Below are positions 52,896-64,000 of a stretch of DNA of 64,000 bases, piece by piece. The notes under the pieces were generated by a model. The model was not told the origin of the DNA and searched no databases. It saw nothing but the letters and a program-made list of their open reading frames with translations. How positions within the stretch are numbered: position 1 is the stretch's first letter; each line of letters starts with the position of its first letter. A program made the position numbers and the translations under genes. Origin of the DNA: Oikopleura dioica. Lineage: Eukaryota; Animalia; Chordata. Where the stretch lies: NCBI GenBank assembly GCA_907165135.1, contig OU015568.1:15387208-15451207 (forward strand). The letters are read 5' to 3'.

Positions 52896-54424
52896 ATGGT
52901 AGGTTTTCTTTTTTCATAAATTTTTCTTTATCGATTGATAGAAAATTTCCACGACGATTCTCGCAGGAGTCTCAGCAAGTCCATTTCTCGCTGACAGTCA
53001 AGAAGCAAATGCATTTTTGAACAGAACTCGTCGAGCTTGGCAGTTTTTCGAAGAAACCAAAGATGGAAACTGGGAGCGAGAGTGCATCGAAGAGTACTGT
53101 AATGCGAATGAGGCGTTTGAAGTTGTAGATGAAGAAGTGAGAGGAAAGAGGTTGTTTGATTTAGTGACCGAGTGTAAGAAAAAATATCCAGCGACGTAAG
53201 AGCAGGGCGTTTTTCTACCATTTTTTAATGATTATTTAGGGCGAATCAGAGAAAATGTGTCGAAAACGGTCTCCAACCTTCTTGGGGCGAGTGGGGTGAG
53301 TGGTCTGCTTCTTTTGCCACTTGCATCAATCCCGTTACTGGATCCATGGTACAGTTATTTATAGAATTTGTGGACATTTTTTGTCCGCAAGTTTTCTGAA
53401 AAATAGCCACAAATTTGATACAGAGCCCCGAAAAAAATGTCCCAACAATCTTGCTTAAATTATTTTTGAGAAGCAAAAATTGATGATTTTTTTCAAAAAA
53501 TAATAAAAAACGGAACACAAGAAGGAAGTTAAAGACATAAATCTTAACAAAAATTAAGATTATTGACGAAAAAAAGCTCTTTGCATATAAAATTGGCTTC
53601 AATAACTAAAGTTTGACCATTTATTTAGGAGTCAAAGATTTCAATTGACAAAAATGTCCACAAATTTGATACCCTCTCTTTCTAAATGTGTCCCAAGAAA
53701 ACCCCTTAAAATCTAAAAAATGTCCACAAATTTGATGTCCACAAATTCCATAAAAAACTGTACATGAATAAAAAAAAAGGTTGAAAGTAACACCTGTCGC
53801 CTTTCAGAAAAAAACGTTGAAACTGCCAACCTGGAGTTGAATCTCTCACTTGCCAGATCGACGAAATGGCTCGTGGAGCATCTTCAGTTTCTACTAGTGG
53901 CGATAAAGGACAACTCATGCAGTCAGACCTTCAAATATTTCCATTTTTATCTGCTCTTTTCATAGTTGATAGCTCTTGCTAGTCAAAATCCGAGCCTTGC
54001 CAAGCTGAAGAATGCAACCCACTGAAATCCGACTTGGATATTCGCATCAGCAATGGAGACACAATCGTCGCTAGAATGAGCTGGTTTCCGCTCGAAGGAA
54101 TTGTCAGAAACGGAGAGCTGAAGATTTACTAGAGAATCAATAGTGAAGTTTTTGCCAACTACATCGGCCAGGTAACTTCAACAGTTTTTCATCAAAAAAT
54201 GCTCGTTTTTCAAGTCAAAACAATTTTCCTACTACGACACTGCTCCAGCATCTCTCCGAAGCCGTTCAAAAATCACCATCGATGAAAACGGTCGCTGGGC
54301 GGAACTGAGAATCAAGCAAATGACCCCTCAGGACGAAGGAATGATGATTTCGATAGAAATTCACTATGAAGGTTATTTCGATGAACAAGCTGTTGTTGTT
54401 CCCTCTTCTCGACCCGATTACTAA
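52896..54424 (+). pseudogene. Gla domain plus Ig-like domain protein, with an in-frame stop
   Basis: ATG|GTAGG...GATAG| gives MKISTTILAGVSASPFLADSQEANAFLNRTRR-AWQFFEETKDGNWERECIEEYCNANEAFE. Later exons give ARMSWFPL..ELKIY*RIN..RSKITIDENGRWAELRIKQMTPQDEG. The TAG at 54130 occupies a probable Trp position. Linking the exons across the 53.2-53.8 kb intron is inferred. Confidence 0.65.
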
Positions 54425-54773
54425 ATAAACAATTTTTGTCTTGATCCAAGAATCTTGAAGTTTTTTATGTTCATGTTTTATTTCTCGCGGGCTTTATGCA
54501 ATTGTAAATTTGCGATGCTCAAAGGAAGGCTGTCTGAGTTGAAGGTTTTGCTCGGAGGTGTTATCGTCTTAAAATGATATTGATTGAGAAAGTGCTTCAA
54601 AATACCTTGATCGCTGTTTCTTCTGAACTTTCGCTGCCACTTAGTCTTAGGGGAATCGTGATGGAGCTCAGAGACTTTCGATTTTCAGTCAAAATCGACC
54701 AGATTAAACATGGATTTAGGTCTTAGGATTAAACAGTTCCTATATTTAGTCAGTCGTTCAAAAGCAAATAATC

Positions 54774-55801
54774 GGGGCGCACTGACTATGTCGTCGAATG
54801 TCGTCGAATGTCGTCATTTTTCTAAAATTCAAAAAATAAAAGAAAAACTCTACTTTTGAAAACAAAGTGTTCTAGAGATTGCAACTAGCCAAACAGTCGG
54901 TTGTCTTAGACGCGTTTTTTTTAGGTTGGGAACTAATAACTTTTGACTGGAACAAGATCAAGAGGAGGTTAAGGGCGCAAAATGATGCTCAGAAAAAATA
55001 AAAATTTCGCACCGCATTAGATTTTTCGATTTCGGTACCAGACTTCCGGTATTGAAATTCGGTACCAATTTATGTCGTGGTATCGGTACCAAACTAGTAC
55101 CAAAAAAATCTCCAGAAAATTTCATGAAGACTAGTACAAAAAGCTAACTGTAGGAAGTACTTATTTTCATTTGACAGCGCTCTGAAATCACGGTTTTTTG
55201 TTGATTTTGGGCAATTTTGAGGTAAATCAAGGTCCGCTCATTCAGGCCGGAAGTAACGAAGTACTGATATTTTGGTACCAGTCTTCATGAAATTTTCTGG
55301 AGATTTTTTTGGTACTAGTTTGGTACCGATACCACGACATAAATTGGTACCGAATTTCAATACCGGAAGTCTGGTACCGAAATCGAAAAATCTAATGCGG
55401 TGCGAAATTTTTATTTTTTCTGAGCATCATTTTGCGCCCTTAACCTCCTCTTGATCTTGTTCCAGTCAAAAGTTATTAGTTCCCAACCTAAAAAAAAACG
55501 CGTCTTAGCAAGAGCGAGAGTTGGGCCCGCCAACCCAATGAGTTCTCTACCAGAGAATGCGCGCGTAAGGGCCTCTGGCCCGTCGCGTGCTTATCAAATT
55601 TATGACTTTTTGCTCATTTTTGACGTTTTTAGGGCTCCTGGCAGAGTATCGAATATGCACATATATATACACATATATATACACATTTCGATGATTATTT
55701 TCTAGAACATACTTGTTTTTGAAATTTCGTTTTTTTTTTCGCAAGAAACGACGACATTCGACGACATTCGATGACATTCGACGACATAGTCAGTGTCGAC
55801 C
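54774..55801 (+). mobile_element. Same TIR element, copy B, carrying a nested foldback insertion
   Basis: Direct repeat of copy A plus a 596-bp insertion. Flanked by AAATAATC (54766-54773) and GAAAAGAT (55802-55809). Confidence 0.9.
54909..55504. mobile_element. Foldback element with about 225-bp TIRs and a TTA target duplication (PIF/Harbinger-like)
   Basis: Near-perfect inverted repeat, 54909 to about 55132 against about 55280-55504. The empty site in copy A reads GGTTGTCTTAGCAAG, showing TTA duplicated in a C-TTA-G target. Confidence 0.95.
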
Positions 55802-56529
55802 GAAAAGATTGGCCAACCACGGTCCCACATGGGGATAAGCTATCTGCGGCGATGTTAATAACGCTTGTACAACAACACTGATCACCACCGGATATCTACC
55901 ATACAGTATGGTCCATACTCGCCAAATTCAGCGCTTCAAATTGAAGCCTTCAATACAACAAAATGAGGCCTTCAACTTCTGCTCGGTATCTGAACACGGA
56001 AAGCTTAGTTGAAAAATCTTTTAAGACCCAGAAAATAAAATGAAACTAAAAAATTGCATAAAAGAATTTGAATCTTCCAGGAAGAGTGTTTTCAACGCGG
56101 CGGAATAAAATCACGCTAGCAAAAGAATCGTCAAAACAGGATCGGTAACACAATTATTCCAATCGTTTCAAGCTTGATTTAGCTTCGATTGGCTAAATTA
56201 ACCCATCTCGCAGAGCATTACGGATTATGCCATGCGATTTTGCCTCACCTGCTTTAGAAGCGCGCTTTTTGGAGCGTGTTCAATTTTGGAAATTTAATTT
56301 TTGAAAATCTTATTTCTTAATCACAAGCGAAATTTTTCTTATTAAATTTTTTTCGTTTTCAAAAATCGATTTTATAGAATAATTCTTTACTTTGAATGAA
56401 ACAGCCTTTTCTCCACCCCGAATTTCAAATTTCGGCCAATCAGAATACTGCTTTTCTCCCGTCGACGAATCAGAACCAAGAAAACCTCAACATTCAATTT
56501 GCGGCATATTTGTCGTTTTTTTTTACACT

Positions 56530-56908
56530 CGCGTGAGAAATTTATTTACAGTCGCGCTTTCTGGCTGTCTACAGATAACTTTGTTACTGTAGCTTTCAGT
56601 AATTCGACTTCCATGACTCTTCGAACTATTTTTCGTCTCTAAGCCGCAGATGTTCCGTCCAATGTGTTGAATCACTCCGTTCCAATCGTACATCAAAAAC
56701 AGAATCGAAAAGAAAAGGATGAAAGCTGGAAGACCAAGAAAACCGATAATCAGAAACCATTGCTTCATTTCTTCTTCTTCGCGCGGGCTAGAATTTTTTA
56801 GTAGTGATTTTGTCCTGAGCGAAGAAGCTGGACTTACTCGACTCCATCGCTAGCATCGAAAACTTTCATTTCTTTTCCATTTTCCAAGAATTTTTGTATC
56901 TCGTTCAT
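56530..56908 (-). CDS. 5' exons of a single-pass membrane protein gene, probably continuing towards 55.8 kb
   Basis: MNEIQKFLENGKEMKVFDASDGVD|PREEEEMKQWFLIIGFLGLPAFILFFSILFLMYDWNG..., with a GT-AG intron. Confidence 0.45.
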
Positions 56909-58497
56909 GTACTCTGAAAATGATTTTTGAAATAGGAAGGATTTATTGATCGGTTTTTATGGGAAAGTAACGTGAATGCTAAAAATTGCATCATAGAATT
57001 GGTTAACATGAAATTTGTCTAAGTCGCTGTTTTTTCGAGCGCTCATTTAGAAACATGTCATGCGCCGGGCACTCCCTCTCGAAACAGGTCCCGAATGACA
57101 GGTACGTTTAATTCGGCTGCCAGCTTCCAAGAATCTCCTTCGGAATCTTGTTACCAAAGAGATCTATTAAAAATCGGTTAGTCCAGTTTAGATCTGGATT
57201 TTTGAATTTAGCTGTCTCAATTTTTAGCTTATTTTGGCTCGAAAAATGATAAGCTAAGTCAATTTTTGAGCTAGCTTAGCTCAGAGTTTCCGAAATTCAG
57301 GATTTTTTTCTGAGCTAAGCAAGCTGAGCTAGCCCAAAAATCGACTAGGCTTAGAATTTTTGAGCCAAAATGAGCTTTAAAATAAGGCGGCTAGGTGCAA
57401 CTATGTTAAAAAAAACCTGAAAAGCTTAATTTTAAAAGGCTTCATTTTTTGGAATACCTTCGCTATCGTAGTGAAAAGCATCATTTTTCTCAGATCGGAT
57501 CATTTTTTCTAAAAAATCGAGTAAAATGATCGACAGATCCTTGGAAATACTCGCTGCAACTGTCGCTATTATCGCTATTTTTAATAATTGATGAAGCTAC
57601 TATTCGATTCGTTAATCGCTGCTGATTCGCGTTGAAATTCAAAGTTATTTTTACAAATTGAGACAGAAAGTAGACATTTAACTTTTGTAAAAACTAGCTG
57701 TTGATTTAGACAAGTTCGTTTTGATAGAACATGCGTGTAATTAGACGAATTTAGCTCAATTTAGTTCAATTTAATCAGGTCAAGGAGTTTTGTTCTTCAA
57801 AGAAAAGCGATTTTTACGGTAAGGGTTAGAGTAATGGACTTTAAGTTAGGGTTAGGGTAAAGATTAATAAGACAATATTAAAACTGTGTGTTGGCGTTAT
57901 GAGATAGAGGTGTCGCTATGTTAGCTATGCGAAAAGATATTTCGTAGGACAGTTTTGCTGGAATCTGATTGGCAAGCTGGTCGAATGAAGCTCTCTGATT
58001 GGTTAAAATGGGCGCAAAAATATAGGGGGCTTTCATTTTTGACCTCTTTATCGCTTTTTCGAGACAAAAATTTCGAATTCATGATTTGCTACTCACCATT
58101 ATAATCATAATCGAACTGTACTTTCTCCAGCATTCTTTCAAGACTCTTATTTTTTGTTAAGCCCGAATGTGTCTCTGCCTTGCTCGATGCTTTGTTCAAT
58201 ACGGTGTCTGTTAAATCTGGCAAGTTGGAAAGAAGATCTGTCAGGATTGGTGAGCATTGCCGCTTGATCTACATTATCCGCTCGAGTCGATCTACTCGAA
58301 TTTATTCTTTCACGTGGCAGTTATACATCCCGCTCTATATTATTTCAAATCAATGATTCAAACGTGAACTGCCGCCAATATCGTCAATTTAATGTGCTTG
58401 AGTGAAGACAGAACGTTTTCGAGAAAGTTCTCTTTTCAATCAAAATAACGGGGCGCCACGGCGAAATGGAAGGCTAAAAAAGGGCTGGACTAGACTA

Positions 58498-58584
58498 CCT
58501 GTGTAGAAAACCTGAGTCAGGGTCCTGGCAGAGCTTTTTTTCGTTGAAGCTTTTTCCGGACCCTGACTCAGGTTTCAACACAGA
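58498..58584. mobile_element. Short hairpin MITE of the CCTGAGTCAGG family
   Basis: CCTGTGTAGAAAACCTGAGTCAGGGTCC and GGACCCTGACTCAGGTTTCAACACAG. Confidence 0.8.
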
Positions 58585-60859
58585 TTTCTGAGGCTACTAA
58601 AAATGAAGGAAATTCACAACTGCGTCGCGAGAAAATCCTTTCTCGGATAAAGACTACGTGTTACCGATAAGGACGAAATTGGCCTTATCGCGACGGTAGT
58701 CCCACTGCCAAGGTCTAATTATCGCAAAGGAGAAAACGTTGAGGCTTTGTTGCGACTATAAGAATTCGACAACTCAAATCTGTGACACTTTGACTTTGAT
58801 TTTTACGTTGAGTCTTGGTCTATTTGACTTAATTAAAGGCTTGAAATTGATAAATTTAAAAAATGTATGAAGACTTCCTTCATTCTATAGATTGGAGAAT
58901 TTCAGCCAATCAGAAACCTGCATGGGGCTTTGCCTGCTAGAAAGAATGACACAAGAGAATTTTTGTTTTGATAAGAAGTTATACAAGCTTAGTTTATTCC
59001 ATAAGTCTCAACCAACTAGTTTTTCAATAAAAGCGAAATCTACTTGCTTGAGGCTGACAGTAGTAAATCAAAAAACTCATTAAACTGTTACATAATCGGA
59101 GAAACTTGAAAATTTACAGGTAGGAATTTTTGCCTTTTTCTTGATCAAAAAACAACATCTTCAAAAAATAATTCCATCATAAAATAATTTCAATTTTCCT
59201 CGCTAAGGAGCACCCTGCCGTTATTTTCTAAAACAAAAATGACGGAAAGGGGGTCCTTAGAAATGAAAAATTGAAAAATATTTTTCAAAGAATCATAGTT
59301 ATTTATCCAGCCTAGATTTGATGGAAATAAAATTTTGAGGAGTCGTTTTTTCGCAAGATTAAATCAGTATTTACAGGTTGGAATTTCAGTTTTTTATTAT
59401 CTTCACTTTCTTCGTAAAGTGCTGCAGCAGTACTTCGTTGTTGAGCAGGAGATTGAATGATCACGCGATCACGGTTAATTGGTTAAATCCTAAAGGTTTA
59501 AAAGGCTGAACTCAATTAAACCGCTAGTTTCAAAATATTCTAAAAAATTTTATAAATTAAATATTTTAGTAGAATAATTTAGTTAGTGGGAATAATTTAT
59601 TTATTTTTATTGGTCAAAACAGCCTCTTTTCCCTTGATCCCCGAATATGGGCAAAAAGGGAAAAGTGGCTATTTTGACCAATCTAAATTAATTATTACTT
59701 CAAGAATAGTTAAAAATGTACTATCTCCGTCGTCATCCTCTTCTGCTTGTACTTGAGCAAAATCTAGAAAAAGAAAACTAAAAAGCTGAAAAGTGGTTAT
59801 TTTGTCATTTTTTGGTCTTTTTTGAATTGACCAGAATTCATTTCTGGACAATGAAAATAACGTGCTCAGGCGCGTTTATATGGCCTGGTTGTCGGGCAAA
59901 ATTATTAATGCCCCCAGAAGCAGGTTGTTTGAGAATATAAAAATTGAAAGTTTTTTTTTTGAGCGATACTTTGATTGATGACTATTGAATTAGATTTGTT
60001 TATCTTAAAATCTATCATAATTTTATGTTTAAATTTCAATCTACATCTGAATCTAAAGATAAAATATATTTTCATCGATCGACTTGATTGGCCGATTGGC
60101 TCGACCAATCAAATTGACGGATGAAAATATTCGTTATCGGGAAACGCCAGTGTAAGAATTTAAACTATGAATACGATAGAATAACTGACAGAAAACAAAT
60201 TAATTGGTTAATTGATAAGTTCGAAAATATTGTGATAAGGATTTCTGCTCAATAAAATTTCGAGGAGATACCCTTAGCGTAAAGAAAATAGTGTTGCCGT
60301 AAAAATCATAATTTTTTATGTTTTTTACAATTTTGAGATTTGAAAAGTCGAGTTTGAAATACGTATAGTTGCTCAGAATTTTGGAAAAAAAATTTTGGAA
60401 GTTGTCGAAATTTTCGATATTCGGCGCGCTCGAATTATTCGGCAGCAGCTGAGAATTTCTTCTTTTGTTGGATTTTCGTATTGAAGACCAATCAAAGGTT
60501 TTTGAACTGGCTTGGTTGCAGGTTACAGGCAGGAGTTTGGCGGTTCTTTTTTTTTCTTCGGTTGAGTTTCGACCAATTTTTTGATTTATACTTAATTTCG
60601 CCGGTTTTACCACTTTTAAAAATATTTACAAAAATCGTGGAGTTTGAGCTTAGAGTCTTGAGATGCAGCAAATTGCGCCATCTAGCGGAGCGTTGAGCTG
60701 GATGTTCGTAGACTTGTGCTCGTCGTGAAATTCGAGCTGAATATTTATTTTATAATTTGTAAAATCTTAAAGAGTGAGAGAAGGAATTTTTTTCTCCCTA
60801 TGGTAAATTTAAGGGTATATCGACATATTTTTACCTGAATGGCCCGAAATCTTCAATGA

Positions 60860-63800
60860 GTTTGATGACTGACATCTCGTAGAAGTATTTGTCCTCCATG
60901 ATGCGCTCCTTTAAAAAATAAGGATGGTGAAAAAATCAATGACATAGTGAGTTTGGTCGTCGATTCAAACCTTTCGGACATTAGCCGACCATCCGGAAAG
61001 CTCCGAAAAAATGAAATAATCGCCCCTGTAAGTGAGCTCTTGCTCAACAAGGCTCAGGACTTCCGACTTTTTTAGGGTTTACAGTGCTTTTGCTTCTTAT
61101 CTAACCCTCAGAGAATCATTGGTATTAAAATGTACATTCGGTCATTTTTGACTACTTTTAATATTTCTGGACATTTTTGTCAATTCGAAGCTTTTTGAAA
61201 AACCCTCCTTGTATTGCATCATCTCGCAATCGCCATAATTTTCATCCAAGAACTCTTGTGTATCAGTAGTTGTGACGACATCAAGCGACCAGCCTTCGTT
61301 TTCCAAAATACTCTTTGCAGAAAGAACGATACTCCTCATCTTTTCCGCTTCGCTTGGAGGAGTCGAGACGTAAAGTGCTAAAATAATATTAACAATCAAT
61401 TAACATACAGGCCAAAAACGGCCACGTTCAATAATTAGATAAAATCGAAACAGAAAAAATCAAAGAAACGTCAGAATGTCGTGTCCTGACCAGAATAGCG
61501 GTTTCCCTTTTTTGACAGACTTTGCATTTTGACCCGTTTGGGCACATATCCATATCAATTTGCCCCATTTAATTTCATGCTCATATCCATTTTGAATTTT
61601 CGAACAGACAGAGTTTTCGCTCGGGTTACGATACGATAATTACTCGGGAGAAAGTACGTACGCTAAAAGTCCCGTGATCCTCGAAGAAAAGTGAATATCT
61701 AATCTGAAGGCATTGGACTTGGATTTGTGTTTTATCCCGAGCGATATCCCTGGCGTTATCCAAATTCCCAAGTAGGTGGGCCTAATCCTCCAGCTAAGTA
61801 CTTACTCCCGGGGATCGCAAAGAAACACGACGAAAGAGATATTTTCGCGGCTCGAGTTTCAAGCTGATTCTATAGAACGCGAAGAAGAACGCGTGTTCGG
61901 TACCAGAAAGATTTCGAAAGCCTCCGGTAGTTATTAAGAATCAAGTCAAAAGTACCTGAGTGTTTTTGAGTAGCTCCAGTTAAAAAGGCATTGGTTTGGA
62001 GAATAAATCGGGCGAGAGCAAGTGCAAGTCCTTTTGATCCAGTCTTCTCCAACACAGTACAAACCTGTAATTCAGAGTTGTTTTAATTTGAGAAAAAATG
62101 AATTTGAGTTATTGAAAAATTTTTTATCAATAATGAAAGAAAGAAAATCTCGGTAAAACAGGTTATGGCTGATTCGCAACAAGCCTCTTACAAGCCTTTT
62201 GATTGGCTTGAAGTTAAAATCAAGCATTTTGATTGGCTAACAATATGTATTCGAACGATGTTATTGCAGATAACATTAATTCTGATAAATTATAAGAATG
62301 GAACTTGCCTCTCCCTTTCTGCCTTGTTGGGGCTTTGAGCAAACGCTTGACCATTCTCCAGCATCGTATCGGTAATGAAATGCAATGTAGGGTCCATTGA
62401 TGAACTTCTGCTGGAACTTTGTTGCGATTTCGCGAATGTACTCTGGCTTGCGAGTGTGTCCAACAATCTGAGAAAAAGAGTTAGTTTAACTGTTTCTGTT
62501 ACATAGCCTTATGGAAGTCAAAGCAATGTTGACACCCTTATTTAGGCGCCAAAATATCATAAAAAAAGAAATTCGTATTATAAATTGAATATTTTTATAA
62601 ATCTTGACCTCTCGATGACGTTTTATTCCGGTAAAAGTTGCTCTCAGCAATTATAAGTAGCATAATCATCAACAATCAAACACTGCTTTTTATGTTTTGA
62701 GATTAAATAATTATAAAATGATTGGTCTGTTGTGTCAGTAAATTCAGTAAAGAGACCTTATTTACTTTACGCATTATCTTAGGGGCAATAGAGCTTTTAA
62801 TAGGACTACTTTGTAAAGACGTGTTCTTAGATAGCAAACGCGATTTTATTACAGTAAAACTGCCTTTTCCACTGCTCGTTTTAATGTCAATTTTGCAAAA
62901 ACAAAACACGGGATAAGAGTAAACCTCGGATATCCTCGACACGCGGCCGTTAAAGCTACGGAAATCGACAGTTAAGATTTAGAAATATTTAATAAAGCCA
63001 ATTAGGATCTATGACCGTCTTTCCAGATATTTCATTTTTTGGAGATTTGCAAAGGATAGATTCTAATCCTTGAAATACAGTTTGTTTGTTTTCGAACCGG
63101 TTACTCAAGAAAAAGAAGGGAAATCTTGCGGGTGTTTGCAAAATTTCAGCTTAGCTCGGAGCGGTTATCTGGCTAGCTTGATAAGTCGGGATCTCCTAGG
63201 GGATTATCCCACCCATCGGGCATGGTTATGTAACGCGCTTTTACCTGGTAGAAGAACTGCTCCCCCGATGTGAGCGGCGAGTCTTTTGCAGACCAAACAA
63301 CTGGGTATTTGTAAGTGTTGTACGGGAACAGCCAGGCGGCGCAGGGCTCAGTTGAGTTGTACAGACTTTGAACCAAGTCAGAACGGTAGCTTTTTAGGCG
63401 TTTTACAATGTTGATTTATCAATAGGAATAATATCAATCTTTAATTTTTGAGCAGAGCCAATGGGCTACTGTTTTGTAAGTATTCCGCTTATATTTTTAG
63501 TCTTAGTAAGGGAAGCTGTTTCAAAACCCAAAGCTTCCAATTTCCAAGTGCTCATAAAGCTAGTGACTTGGGTTAAAGGGACAATGCTCTCGTTTTTTTT
63601 GGAAAGAGTTATTACAAACGTGTTACGCGGGGTTGAAATAACTCAATAAACCAAGAATTGGAAATGTTCTAAAGCCCTTGGCAGCTTTTTAAATTCAGTA
63701 TTTCCTGAAATACGCGTGCTTTGGACAGTATTTTTCGTTAAAAAAATTGTGATTTTTCGTTTTTCAGTGAATTGTAAAAACGTTCCTAAGTTGAACTCCA

Positions 63801-64000
63801 GCGCCGGAAACCTTCGGAGATCGAGTAACGGGAATTGCAGTATCTAAGAAAGGTGCATTTTCGTCGAGCTAAAAATGATAATTAGTCTACTAAAGTGCTT
63901 TTTTATTCAATAAGGAAAAATTGCAAAAGGAAGATAATTTTAAATTAATCGTTTTCCGATTTTTATTTTATGAAAAATAAAGCTTACCTCATCATCGTCA
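60860..64000 (-). CDS. GDP-fucose O-fucosyltransferase-like protein (O-FucT fold), 5' end outside the window
   Basis: Spliced motifs GPYIAFHYRYDAGEW...C, ALYVSTPP, VVTTTD and VLSLVEQELTYRGDYFIFSELSGWSANVR match the O-FucT pattern. A donor GAG|GTAAGC sits at the window end. Confidence 0.7.

Noticed and set aside
53246-53602. 118-aa minus-strand ORF nested in the Gla-Ig intron
   Set aside because: It overlaps a repeat with AATGTCCACAAAT motifs and has low-complexity composition, so it is probably spurious.
1-64000. Autonomous transposase or reverse transcriptase, rRNA or tRNA genes
   Set aside because: No DDE, RT or structural RNA signatures were recognised in the ORF track or by reading.

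Overview
AT-rich, compact eukaryotic genomic DNA with many introns of about 40 bp, including GC-AG and GA-AG introns. This pattern best fits an appendicularian tunicate such as Oikopleura (inference, not verified). The window holds about ten recognisable multi-exon genes or pseudogenes: a GH1 beta-glucosidase, a TM-RING protein, an O-fucosyltransferase-like gene, a kelch-like gene, an EGF gene and two Gla-domain genes. It is also dense in non-autonomous DNA transposons (8-bp, TTA and TTAA target duplications). Standout observations: (1) three copies of an atypical-kinase gene family, two of them fused to a papain-like Cys protease domain, one an intact 5-exon gene of about 702 aa; (2) an 8.7-kb gene-bearing segment between two copies of one transposon whose 8-bp target duplications are swapped, the footprint of a circularly permuted or cointegrate insertion; (3) a MITE forming an in-frame GT-AG intron in the EGF gene; (4) paralogous Gla modules fused to a non-specific endonuclease and to an Ig-like domain. 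All calls come from manual reading and translation; no database searches were run. Several 1-bp homopolymer frameshifts may be assembly errors.
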